A program made the translations under genes and the position numbers. Below are positions 39,333 through 48,039 of a stretch of 64,000 nucleotides of DNA, in pieces. The DNA comes from an uncultured Actinomycetes bacterium. Its GTDB lineage: Bacteria; Actinomycetota; Actinomycetes; Acidothermales; Acidothermaceae. The notes beneath the pieces were generated by a model, which was not told where the DNA came from, made no database searches, and worked only from the letters and a program-made list of their open reading frames with translations. Each line of letters starts with the position of its first letter. Position 1 is the stretch's first letter. Location: positions 765,782 through 829,781 of the forward strand of contig CAVVEX010000016.1 of NCBI GenBank assembly GCA_963747395.1, written 5' to 3'.

Positions 39333-40255
39333 GAGAGTTCGATCCCCAGCGCCTTCAGCAGCCGCTGCACCGGCGACCCGACTCCATGTCGCTGCACCAA
39401 GTCGAGCAACGCCTCGGGATCGCGAATCGCGGTCGGCAACTCGTCGTCGACGGCCGGCGTGTCGATGTCGACGCGGGTGGCGACGACGACGCGCGCGGCG
39501 TCGAGGTACTCGCGGGCCGCCCGCAGCTTGTTGCGCGTGCCGGCGGGAAATCCCGCGTCACTGTCGGAGTCGAGCGCCCTCAACAGCGCGTCGAGGTCGC
39601 CGAACCGCGACACCAGCGCCGCCGCCGTCTTCTCGCCGACTCCGGCGACGCCAGGCAGCCCGTCGCTGGGATCGCCGCGCAGCACGGCGAAATCGGCGTA
39701 CGCCCGGCCCGGAATCGCGTACCGGGAAGACACTTTGGCCTCGTCCACGACCTCAGACTTGCCAACGCCGCGGGCAATGTAGACGACGCGCACCGGCTTG
39801 TCGTCACGCACGAGTTGGAACAGGTCGCGGTCGCCGGTGACGACGTCGACGGGGCCGTCGCAGCGGCGCGCCAGCGTGGCGATCACGTCGTCCGCCTCGA
39901 AACCGTCGACGCCAAGATGCGCGATGCCGATCGCGTCGAGCAACCGCTGGATGATCTCGACCTGCGGCACGAGCGCGCCCGGCACCGTCTCGCCCCCGCT
40001 CGGCGCCAGCCGATGCGCCTTGTACGACGGCAAGAGCGCCACCCGGAAGGCGGGCCTCCAGTCGGCGTCCATGCACGCGACGAGCCGGGCGGGGCGATGG
40101 CGCTCGACGAGCACACCGATGAAATCAAGCAAGCCGCGCACCGCGTTGACCGGCTTGCCGTCGGGGGAGGTGACCGATTCCGGCACGCCGTAGAAGGCGC
40201 GAAAGTAAAGCGACGGCGTGTCGAGCAACATCAGCGGGCCGGACGTCGAAGGCAT
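39314..40255 (-). CDS. 5'-3' exonuclease (FEN/Pol I N-terminal-like)
   Basis: LMLLDTPSLYFRAFYGVP, VVTGDRDLFQLV, GVAGVGEKTAAALV. The 3' end overlaps the helY 3' end by 19 nt (convergent). Confidence 0.88.
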   Translation of the reverse strand: MPSTSGPLMLLDTPSLYFRAFYGVPESVTSPDGKPVNAVRGLLDFIGVLVERHRPARLVACMDADWRPAFRVALLPSYKAHRLAPSGGETVPGALVPQVEIIQRLLDAIGIAHLGVDGFEADDVIATLARRCDGPVDVVTGDRDLFQLVRDDKPVRVVYIARGVGKSEVVDEAKVSSRYAIPGRAYADFAVLRGDPSDGLPGVAGVGEKTAAALVSRFGDLDALLRALDSDSDAGFPAGTRNKLRAAREYLDAARVVVATRVDIDTPAVDDELPTAIRDPEALLDLVQRHGVGSPVQRLLKALGIELSQPTDE

Positions 40256-40363
40256 GCCGGAAGCCTGGCACGAGATGGCGCCAGTCGCGCACTACATTGA
40301 GTCGCACCGCCGGAGACCCCGGCCAACCCGCCCGCCCAGCGGCCTCCGAATCCCGGGAGCAGC

Positions 40364-41518
40364 ATGAACGTCGAACGCACGCTTCCCACCTCCGAAGCGC
40401 GTGAATTGCTCGATCTCGTCGGCGAATTCTGCCGCGACGAGCTCGGTCCGCGGGCCGCCGCCGCCGAGCGCGACGGCGCCTTTCCGCGCGACGTTTTCAC
40501 GACCATCGGCGCCATGGGCTTGCTCGGTCTGCCCTATAACGAGGAGGACGGCGGCTCGGGGCTGCCCTACGAGGTTTTCCTGCAGGTGGTCGAGGAGCTA
40601 GCCCGCGGCTGGCTGACCGTCGGCCTGGGCGTCAGCGTGCACACGCTCTCCTGCTTTCCGCTCGCCCGCTACGGCAGCGTCCAACAACGGCGACGGTGGC
40701 TGCCGACGATGCTCGGCGGAACCCAGCTCGGCGCGTACTGCCTGTCCGAACCCGACTCCGGGTCGGACGCCGCCGCGCTGCGCACCCGGGCCGAGCCGAG
40801 CGGCGCCGACGGCGGTTATCGGCTCGACGGCACGAAGGCCTGGATCACCCACGGCGGCGTGGCCGACTTCTACACGGTGATGGCCCGCACGTCCGACGAC
40901 GGCGCGCGCGGCATCAGCTGCTTCCAGCTTTTCTCCGACGCCGTCGGTCTGACGGCCGCCACACCCGAGCACAAGATGGGACTGCGCGCCTCGCCGACCG
41001 CGCAGCTGAGATTGGACGGCGTCGCGGCGGCCTCGGACCAGCTGATCGGCGAGCCGGGGCAGGGGTTTCCGATCGCGCTGGCGGCGCTCGACACCGGACG
41101 GCTGGGCATCGCGGCCTGCGCCATCGGGCTCGCGCAGGCCGCGCTCGACGTCGCGACAGAGTACGCCGGGCAGCGGCGCCAATTCGGCCGGCCGCTGCGG
41201 GACTTCGAGGGCCTGTCGTTCATGCTCGCCGACATGGCCACCGCGGTGGAGGCCGGCCGTGCGCTCTACCTCGCGGCCGCCCGCCGGCTAGACGCAGGAC
41301 GGCCAATGACCAAGCAGGCGGCGATGGCGAAGCTGTTCTGCACCGATCTGGCGATGCGGGTCACCATCGACGCCGTGCAGGTGCTCGGCGGCTACGGCTA
41401 CGTCGAGGACTATCCGGTCGAGCGGTACATGCGCGAGGCGAAGGCGCTGCAGATCGTCGAGGGCACCAACCAGGTCCAGCGCGTGGTCATCAGCCGCCAG
41501 CTTTATGGCCAAGCCTGA
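40364..41518 (+). CDS. acyl-CoA dehydrogenase
   Basis: 384 aa. YCLSEPDSGSDAAAL, WITHGGVADFYTV, QVLGGYGYVEDYPVERYMREAKALQIVEGTNQVQR. Confidence 0.88.
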   Translation: MNVERTLPTSEARELLDLVGEFCRDELGPRAAAAERDGAFPRDVFTTIGAMGLLGLPYNEEDGGSGLPYEVFLQVVEELARGWLTVGLGVSVHTLSCFPLARYGSVQQRRRWLPTMLGGTQLGAYCLSEPDSGSDAAALRTRAEPSGADGGYRLDGTKAWITHGGVADFYTVMARTSDDGARGISCFQLFSDAVGLTAATPEHKMGLRASPTAQLRLDGVAAASDQLIGEPGQGFPIALAALDTGRLGIAACAIGLAQAALDVATEYAGQRRQFGRPLRDFEGLSFMLADMATAVEAGRALYLAAARRLDAGRPMTKQAAMAKLFCTDLAMRVTIDAVQVLGGYGYVEDYPVERYMREAKALQIVEGTNQVQRVVISRQLYGQA

Positions 41519-41695
41519 TCAAAACGGGCTAAATCTCGCGAGAGAGTCTGACTCTCGAGGACGAAACCGGCGGTAATCGCGCCAGTGCTGTTGGCAATCG
41601 AGCCTATGTTGCGGCAAGGTAACGGTCGTTCGGTGATCGTCGGCCGGGCGCCGTTTTTTCACCCGTCACTCCCGATCAGGAGGGGTCGCCGACTC

Positions 41696-42511
41696 GTGTT
41701 GGAGCCCACCGCCACGCCGCGCACCGGACAGCTCCTGCGAGGTCCGCGCGTGTCGGGGTACTGGGCAGCGAGGTCGACGGCGCTCGGCATCGCCTTGGTC
41801 ATCGCACTCGCGGGCCTTGTGATCGTCGCCAGTGGCGCCCGCGCCGACTCGAGCTCAAGCTTGGTCGCGATGGTCAACAGCGCGCGCGCCGCGCACGGCC
41901 TGCCCTCGCTCGCGGTCAGCTCCGATCTCGCCGCCGCCGCTCGGGCCCAGGCCGGCCGGATGGCGGCCTCCCGCACGCTCGCGCACACACCGAACTTGGG
42001 CGGCGCGGTGTGCTGCTGGTCGGCCCTCGGGGAGAACGTCGGCGAGGGACCGTCCGCCACGTCGATCGAGACCGCCTTCATGGGCTCGACGGAGCATCGG
42101 GCCAACATCTTGTCCGGCGCGTACACGCAGGTCGGCATCGGCGCGGTGGTCGACTCCGCCGGCACGCTGTGGGTCTCGGAGATCTTCCGCCGTCCGAGCG
42201 GCGCCGTGGCGCAGCCACCGGCGCCGGCGCCCCCCAAGCCGGTCGTGACGCACCCCGCGGCGCCTAAGCCCGCCCCCACCCAATACCGAGCGCCCGTCAA
42301 GCCGCCGGCCGCCACGCAGGCGACCGCGGCCACGACAGCGGCGCGCCCTCCGGCGGCCCCGCAGACCCGCGCCTCGCGCGACCTGGCCCGAGTCCCGCTC
42401 GAAGCGGCACAGCGATTGGCGAGGCAACTGGACGACGCCCCCGGCGTGCAGGGATTCGACCCGGTCACACGGCTGCTCGACTTCGTCGCGATTAACGCGA
42501 CGCTCAAGTAG
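41696..42511 (+). CDS. secreted CAP/SCP-domain protein with a Pro/Ala-rich C-terminal region
   Basis: The GTG at 41696 follows CAGGAGGGG. TM/signal GIALVIALAGLVIVASGARA. CAP core VNSARAAHGLPSLAVSSDLAAAARAQAGRMA...GENVGEG...MGSTEHRANIL...YTQVGIG. Confidence 0.75.
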   Translation: MLEPTATPRTGQLLRGPRVSGYWAARSTALGIALVIALAGLVIVASGARADSSSSLVAMVNSARAAHGLPSLAVSSDLAAAARAQAGRMAASRTLAHTPNLGGAVCCWSALGENVGEGPSATSIETAFMGSTEHRANILSGAYTQVGIGAVVDSAGTLWVSEIFRRPSGAVAQPPAPAPPKPVVTHPAAPKPAPTQYRAPVKPPAATQATAATTAARPPAAPQTRASRDLARVPLEAAQRLARQLDDAPGVQGFDPVTRLLDFVAINATLK

Positions 42512-42638
42512 CGCCCGGCGGGCGAATCCGCTCCGCGGGCCGCAACCCAACATTCGGCAAACTTTCTCTGAATTTTCTGGGCGTCGGCGCACCCGCGCTG
42601 ACCTGCGACGACGCGCGTTTGCGCACGTCAGGGCACGG

Positions 42639-42667
42639 TTGACAGGCGCGGGAGCGGAACCGATATG
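42639..42667 (+). promoter_or_regulatory. possible sigma70-type promoter (TTGACA-N17-GATATG) at the head of a long leader upstream of lnt
   Basis: ttgaca at 42639-42644, a 17-nt spacer, then gatatg at 42662-42667. Pattern match only. Confidence 0.25.
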
Positions 42668-43049
42668 TTCCCGGGCGTCCACCGAGTTTTCCGGCCGAGG
42701 AGAACCCTTCGCGATCTTGAAGCCCTGAGTCATGGGCGGCTCGCGCGGCACCGCGCCGACGCCGCCTCGGTGCCAGGCCCAGGTGTGTATGGATTCGCGG
42801 ACGACGCCGTTCCGGCTGGTAGGGGGTGCGACATCCGGGAGGGTTCGGGTGCCCAGTAGACAACGGTGGCGCTGCCGCAGCCGGCGGGAGCGCGATCGGT
42901 CCGAAGGGCGCCCGGCCCTTACCCCGTCGGCTCGACATCGCCGTCCGCGTCGCCTCGCCAGCTCGTCTGGCGAGCCCAGTCGCTGACCCCAAGACCGCAG
43001 CGGGAGCGGCAAGCCGACCCTTCACGTTGTACCGTGCGAGAAATCGACC

Positions 43050-44738
43050 ATGCGTGGTTCGCGTGGCGTCGCGACGGTGAAGGAGTCGGCCTTGATGTGG
43101 CCCGCCAGCGGCACCGCGACGCTCAACCGCGACGAGCGCGTTCGTGAGAGCCGCGCGGCGCGCCTGCGTCGTCCGGCTTGGCGGTCCTTCCCAGGGCGTT
43201 CGGTTGGCCTAGGCGCGCTCGGCGGTGTCGCGCTGTACGCCGCGTTCCCGCCGATCGGCTGGTGGCCGATCGCGATCCCCGCCGTCGCCGCGATAACCCT
43301 GGCCTGCCGTGGCCGCGGTTGGCGCGGCGGGCTGCTGGTCGGACTGGCCGCCGGGCTCGCCGAGTTCGTGCCGCTCGTGTTCTGGCTGCACGTCGTCACG
43401 CCGCTGGCTTGGCTCGTGCTCGCGGTCGCGCAGTCGCTCTATCTGGCCGCCCTCGCCGCCGGCCTCGCGATCCTGGTCGGACGGCTGCCCGGCTGGCAGG
43501 TCTGGACCGCCTGCCTTTGGGTCGGCGAGGAGTTGATCCGCAGCCGTTGGCCGCTCGGCGGCTTCGGCTGGGGACGGCTGGCGTTCAGCCAGGCCGACAC
43601 GCCGTTCACCGGCTACGCCGCCGTCGCCGGCGCGCCGCTCGTGACCTTCGCCGTGGCGTTGTGCGCCGGGTTGCTGGCCAGCGCGATCGTCGTCGTCGCG
43701 AGCGGCGTCCGCACCGCGCGCGGTGACGGGTGGTCGAGAGCCGCGACGTTCACGCTCGCGGCGCTCGCAATCCCGCTCGTCTCGAGCCTCATCCCGCGCC
43801 CATCTGACGGCCAGCCGATCCAGGTCGCCGCGGTGCAGGGCAACGTGCCGCAGCCAGGCAAGCACTTCTTGGGCCGGGCCGAGCAGGTGCTCGACAACCA
43901 CCTCGCCGAGACCGCCAAACTCGTCGCAGACATCAAGAGCGGCGCGCTGCCGCAGCCTCAGATCGTGCTGTGGCCGGAGAACGCCTCCGACGTCGACCCG
44001 CTGCACGACCCCGGCGTCTTCGCCAAGATCCAGGCCGCCACCCAAGCGGTCAAAGCGCCGATCCTCGTAGGAGCGGTGTTCGACGCCGGTCCCGACCACG
44101 TCACGAACACCGGCATCGTTTGGAGCCCGACCAGCGGCCCTGGGCAGAGCTACACGAAGCGGCACCTGGTGCCGTTCGGCGAGTACATCCCGTGGCGCGG
44201 CTTCGTCTCGCACCTGACAAAGCTGACGTCGCTGGTGCCGCAGAACTTTCTGCCGGGGCACAGCCCCGGAGCGCTCGACATCGGGCCGACGCGCATCGCC
44301 GACGTGATGTGCTTCGAGGTCGCTTTCGACGACGCGGTGCGCTCCGGCGTCACGCACGGCGGGCGGATCATCGTGGTCCAAACCAACAACGCCACCTACA
44401 TGGGCACCGCGGAGACAAAGCAGCAGCTGGCGATGTCACAGCTGCGCGCTGTTGAGCACGGGCGATCCGTGGTGGTCGCCTCAACCAGCGGAATCAGCGC
44501 GGTCATCGCGCCCGACGGGCACGTTGTCACCCGCACGGGCGAGCTGACTCCCGCCGTCATCGACCTGCCCGTCGTGGCGCGCTCGCACCTGACGATCGCC
44601 GACCACCTCGGCGCCACGCCGGAATGGGCCCTCGGCATACTCGGAGGGCTGGCGGTGATCGCCGCACTCGCCATCCCGCTCGTCGCCGGAGGATCCGCGC
44701 GGCGCCCGAAGGAGAGCTCGCCCGCTGATGACCGTTGA
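43050..44738 (+). CDS. lnt: apolipoprotein N-acyltransferase
   Basis: Multi-TM N-terminal half, then a CN-hydrolase domain (IVLWPENASD, RHLVPFGEYIPWR, ADVMCFEVAFD, VVQTNNATY). The start codon is uncertain. Confidence 0.88.
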   Translation: MRGSRGVATVKESALMWPASGTATLNRDERVRESRAARLRRPAWRSFPGRSVGLGALGGVALYAAFPPIGWWPIAIPAVAAITLACRGRGWRGGLLVGLAAGLAEFVPLVFWLHVVTPLAWLVLAVAQSLYLAALAAGLAILVGRLPGWQVWTACLWVGEELIRSRWPLGGFGWGRLAFSQADTPFTGYAAVAGAPLVTFAVALCAGLLASAIVVVASGVRTARGDGWSRAATFTLAALAIPLVSSLIPRPSDGQPIQVAAVQGNVPQPGKHFLGRAEQVLDNHLAETAKLVADIKSGALPQPQIVLWPENASDVDPLHDPGVFAKIQAATQAVKAPILVGAVFDAGPDHVTNTGIVWSPTSGPGQSYTKRHLVPFGEYIPWRGFVSHLTKLTSLVPQNFLPGHSPGALDIGPTRIADVMCFEVAFDDAVRSGVTHGGRIIVVQTNNATYMGTAETKQQLAMSQLRAVEHGRSVVVASTSGISAVIAPDGHVVTRTGELTPAVIDLPVVARSHLTIADHLGATPEWALGILGGLAVIAALAIPLVAGGSARRPKESSPADDR

Positions 44739-45513
44739 CGCCCGAGCGCTGCCCGGCACGGCCGAACACGAGGACGACGAGGGAATCGGGCAGGTGCTGG
44801 TCATCGTCCCGACCTACCAGGAGCGCGACAACCTGCCGTTGATCGTCGATCGGGTGCGGGCGTCGGCGCCGGAGGCGCACATCCTGGTCGCCGACGACAA
44901 CAGTCCCGACGGCACCGGCGCGCTCGCCGACGAGCTGGCCCGTGACGACGAACGCGTCCACGTGCTGCATCGCGAGCGCAAGCAGGGTCTCGGCGCCGCC
45001 TACATCGCCGGCTTCCGATGGGGCCTCGACCACGGTTACGGCACGTTGATCGAGATGGACGCCGACGGGTCGCATCAGCCCGAGGAGTTGCCGAGATTGC
45101 TCGCCGCGCTGCGCACGGCGGATGTGGCGCTCGGCTCGCGCTGGGTGCCCGGCGGCACCGTGCGCAACTGGCCGAAGTCGCGGGAGGCGCTCAGCCGCAG
45201 CGCGAACACCTACGCGCGGATCCTGCTAGGTATCCCGGTGCGCGACGCCACGGGCGGCTACCGGGCGTACCGCGCGCGCGTGCTGCAGTCGTTCGACCTG
45301 GAAGACGTGCGCTCGCAGGGCTACTGCTTTCAGATCGAGCTGACGTTGCGGGCGTTGCGCCGCGGGTTTCGCGTCGTCGAGGTGCCGATCGAGTTCGTCG
45401 AGCGCCAACTCGGCGCGAGCAAGATGAGCCGGGCGATCGTGCTCGAGGCGCTGTGGCGGGTGACCCTGTGGGGGGCGCAGAGCCGGTTGGGGTTGCTCGA
45501 TCGCAAGCTCTAG
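44728..45513 (+). CDS. ppm1: polyprenol monophosphomannose synthase (GT2)
   Basis: LVIVPTYQERDNLPLIV, ADDNSPDGTG, IEMDADGSHQPEELP. It overlaps the lnt stop by 11 nt. Confidence 0.88.
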   Translation: MTVDARALPGTAEHEDDEGIGQVLVIVPTYQERDNLPLIVDRVRASAPEAHILVADDNSPDGTGALADELARDDERVHVLHRERKQGLGAAYIAGFRWGLDHGYGTLIEMDADGSHQPEELPRLLAALRTADVALGSRWVPGGTVRNWPKSREALSRSANTYARILLGIPVRDATGGYRAYRARVLQSFDLEDVRSQGYCFQIELTLRALRRGFRVVEVPIEFVERQLGASKMSRAIVLEALWRVTLWGAQSRLGLLDRKL

Positions 45514-45539
45514 GCCTCAACGCGACGGCGCGAAAGTCG

Positions 45540-45583
45540 AAAAAACCGAGCCACGCCGCCGGGGGAAAACAGGCGTGGCTCGG
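45540..45583 (-). terminator. intrinsic terminator downstream of rbpA (12-bp stem followed by a T6 tract on the minus strand)
   Basis: ccgagccacgcc (45546-45557), a 14-nt loop, then ggcgtggctcgg (45572-45583). The A6 at 45540-45545 gives a U-tract on the minus strand. It lies about 80 nt after the rbpA stop, between convergent genes. Confidence 0.7.
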
Positions 45584-45661
45584 CGTCTTGGCGCAACCAA
45601 CCGGCGGTTGACCGGCAGCTCACCGGCAGTTGACGTGCGGCGTTTGACGGTCCGGCCGGGG

Positions 45662-46009
45662 TCAGGCGGTCTTGCGTCGTCCGTGTTCGCGCAACACTTC
45701 GAGCCGCTCGGCGAGAATCGCCTCCAACTCGGGGATGCTGCGTCGTTCGAGCAGCATGTCCCAGTGGCTGCGAGTGGGCTTGGTGCGGCTCTCGGGCGGC
45801 GTGGCGCCGTCGTCGCGGACCGCGGCCGCGCCGCAGAAGCGGCACTCCCACGTCGTCGGCACGTCGGCCTCAGCCGAGAAAGGCACCGCGAACCGGTGCC
45901 CGTTCGGGCAGCTGAAACCCGCGACCTGCCGCTCGACAGGCTCGGTCGACTCGTCGTTCTCGTAGCTCACGGCGCCTAGCCGGCTACCTCGAAGCGCTCG
46001 TTCGGCCAT
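45662..46009 (-). CDS. rbpA: RNA polymerase-binding protein RbpA
   Basis: MAERALRGSRLGAVSYENDE...FSCPNGHRFAVPFSAEADVPTTWECRFCG...RSHWDMLLERRSIPELE. The ATG at 46009 follows GGAGG. Confidence 0.9.
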   Translation of the reverse strand: MAERALRGSRLGAVSYENDESTEPVERQVAGFSCPNGHRFAVPFSAEADVPTTWECRFCGAAAVRDDGATPPESRTKPTRSHWDMLLERRSIPELEAILAERLEVLREHGRRKTA

Positions 46010-46230
46010 CTTTGCCTCCACTCGCCAGGCTCACCTGCTCCAACGTGCGAGCCACCAGGAGGATTCCCGGCTCACACCACAGATGACGCCGCGCCCACCC
46101 CATTGGTTCGCTGTGCGCGCCGACTCGCAAGATCGCGCGCATCTAGCCAGTTCCCCCTGGGATGCAATCGAACCGCGCCGATTAGCCGCCGCGCCGGGCC
46201 GCCGAGCCGCCCCGCCGGGCCGCGCGGCGC

Positions 46231-47229
46231 TCAGAGCAGCCGCAGCGGATCCGGCTCGCGGCCCTGACGTGTCGTGTCGGCCCACGCGCGGACGTCCTCG
46301 ACGACGTGCCGCCACCACACCTCGTAGGTCGCGCGCGTCACGTAACCGATGTGCGGGGTGAGCAGCGTGTTCGGCGCGCCGCGCAGCGGGTGCGCCTGCG
46401 GCAGCGGCTCCACGTCGTAGACGTCGAGCCCGGCGCCGGCGATGCGGCCCGCGCGCAGCGCTTCGACGAGCGCGTCCTCGTCGACCAACGGTCCACGGGA
46501 GGTGTTCACCAGGTAACCGGTCGGCTTCATCAAGCCCAGCTCGGCCGCCCCGATCACGCCGCGGGTGCGCTCGCTGAGCACCAGGTGCAGCGTGACGAAG
46601 TCCGACGACGTCAGCAACTCCTCCTTGCTCACCGCCCGCACCCCCACCTCGGCGGCGCGCTCGGACGTGAGATGCGCGCTCCAGGCGACCACCTCCATCC
46701 CGAAGGCGAGGCCGACCCGCGCCACCTGCTCACCGAGCTTGCCGAGGCCGATCACGCCCAGCCGCGCGCCCGCCAGCTCGACGCCGAGATCGCCGCGACC
46801 GCCGGGACCGCCGGGACGGCTCTGCCAGCCGCCGGCCCGCAGGTCGCGGTCCTCGGCGCAGATGCGGCGGGCCAAGGCGATGATCAGCCCCCAGGTCAGC
46901 TCGGCGGTGGAGGTCCGAAGACCGCCGGTGCCGCGCACCTCGATCCCGCGCTCCCGGCAGGCGTCGACGGCGATGGCCGCGTTGCGCATGCCGGTCGTGA
47001 CGAGCAGCTTCAGGTTCGGCGCGGCGGCCAGCACGTCACGCGGCAACGGCGTCCGCTCGCGCATCGCCACCACCACGTCGGTGTCGGCGAGCGCAGAGCG
47101 CAACGCCGCGTCGTCCAGGTGTGTGGTCCGGACGTCGAGCACCGGTTCGAGGTCGGCGATGTCCCGCCACGGGCCCATGGTCCGGGCGACGTCCTGGTAA
47201 TCGTCGAGCACGAGCACACGTAACGGCAT
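46231..47229 (-). CDS. D-isomer-specific 2-hydroxyacid dehydrogenase family protein
   Basis: The NAD motif LGVIGLGKLGEQVA, plus LVNTSRGPLVDEDAL and LLTPHIGY. Confidence 0.85.
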   Translation of the reverse strand: MPLRVLVLDDYQDVARTMGPWRDIADLEPVLDVRTTHLDDAALRSALADTDVVVAMRERTPLPRDVLAAAPNLKLLVTTGMRNAAIAVDACRERGIEVRGTGGLRTSTAELTWGLIIALARRICAEDRDLRAGGWQSRPGGPGGRGDLGVELAGARLGVIGLGKLGEQVARVGLAFGMEVVAWSAHLTSERAAEVGVRAVSKEELLTSSDFVTLHLVLSERTRGVIGAAELGLMKPTGYLVNTSRGPLVDEDALVEALRAGRIAGAGLDVYDVEPLPQAHPLRGAPNTLLTPHIGYVTRATYEVWWRHVVEDVRAWADTTRQGREPDPLRLL

Positions 47230-47287
47230 GGGGAGAATCTTGCACCGCGCCGGATTCAGCGCTTCGGCCCGCCGACGGACGACGAAC

Positions 47288-47968
47288 TCAGCCGGTGGCC
47301 ACGATGGCCGCTCCAGCCGGGGCCTCGGCCGCGGGGAGCGCCCGCGTGGCGAGGAAGACGATCGATCCGGCGAGCGCCGCGATGATCAGCGAGTTGACGA
47401 CGATGAGGCGGTCGCCGACGATCGCGCCGTAGCCGACCCATAGCAGGTTGCACGCGACGGCCAGCGCCCAGCGCGACCGGGAGACCCCCGCGGCGTCGCC
47501 GCGCCCTGAGTCCGCGACGAGCGCGAGCACCTGCGGCACCACGCCGGCGATGGTGGCGACGGACGCCGCGATGCCCAGCGTGGCCCGCCCGCCCGCGCAC
47601 GCGCCGGCGATCACCACGAGGCCGAGCGCGAACCCGGGCAGCCAGCCGCGCGGCCCGATCCGGGCGCGGACCAGGTGGCCCGCCAACACCGCGGTCGCGC
47701 CGACAAGCCCGGCCACGCTCGCCAACACCTGCACGGTGCTGTGGCGGAAGACGCCGTACATGAGCCAGCCGATGCCGTAAAGCACGCTCATGAGGTTGGT
47801 CGAAAGCGCGAGCCCGGCGTGTCGGCGGCCGACCCACAGCCGCCACGCCTGCGGCCAGCTGGTGCTGACGCCGATTCCACCGGCGACCACGCCGCACGCG
47901 GTCGCCGGGGCGCCGACCGCGTGGTGATAGGACGTCGTCGCGATCGCGAGGGCAGCGGCGGCAAGCAC
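47288..47968 (-). CDS. double PQ-loop membrane protein with predicted 3+1+3 TM layout (SWEET-like)
   Basis: Two repeats, each with a PQ motif in its first helix: GVSTSWPQAWRLWVGRRHAGLALSTNLMSVLYGIGWLMYGV and TIAGVVPQVLALVADSGRGDAAGVSRSRWALAVACNLLWVGYGAIVGD. They are separated by an extra hydrophobic helix (WLPGFALGLVVIAGACAG). Confidence 0.6.
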   Translation of the reverse strand: MLAAAALAIATTSYHHAVGAPATACGVVAGGIGVSTSWPQAWRLWVGRRHAGLALSTNLMSVLYGIGWLMYGVFRHSTVQVLASVAGLVGATAVLAGHLVRARIGPRGWLPGFALGLVVIAGACAGGRATLGIAASVATIAGVVPQVLALVADSGRGDAAGVSRSRWALAVACNLLWVGYGAIVGDRLIVVNSLIIAALAGSIVFLATRALPAAEAPAGAAIVATG

Positions 47969-48039
47969 GGTTATGCCATCGGCCGTCAGGCGCTTTGGCT
48001 AAGCGGTCGTGACCAAGCTCACCGCGGCCGGTTGGCAGA

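Noticed and set aside
42520-42575. Possible third, degenerate copy of the 63-nt palindromic element (cgcaacccaacattcggcaaac)
   Set aside because: Only a roughly 12-nt core (caaca-ttcggca) resembles the atttcggcag centre. The flanks do not align and no hairpin is evident.
42665-42859. 64-aa ORF in the lnt leader starting right after the promoter-like element
   Set aside because: About 30% of its third codon positions are A/T, versus roughly 10% in real genes here. The sequence has no features and there is no SD.
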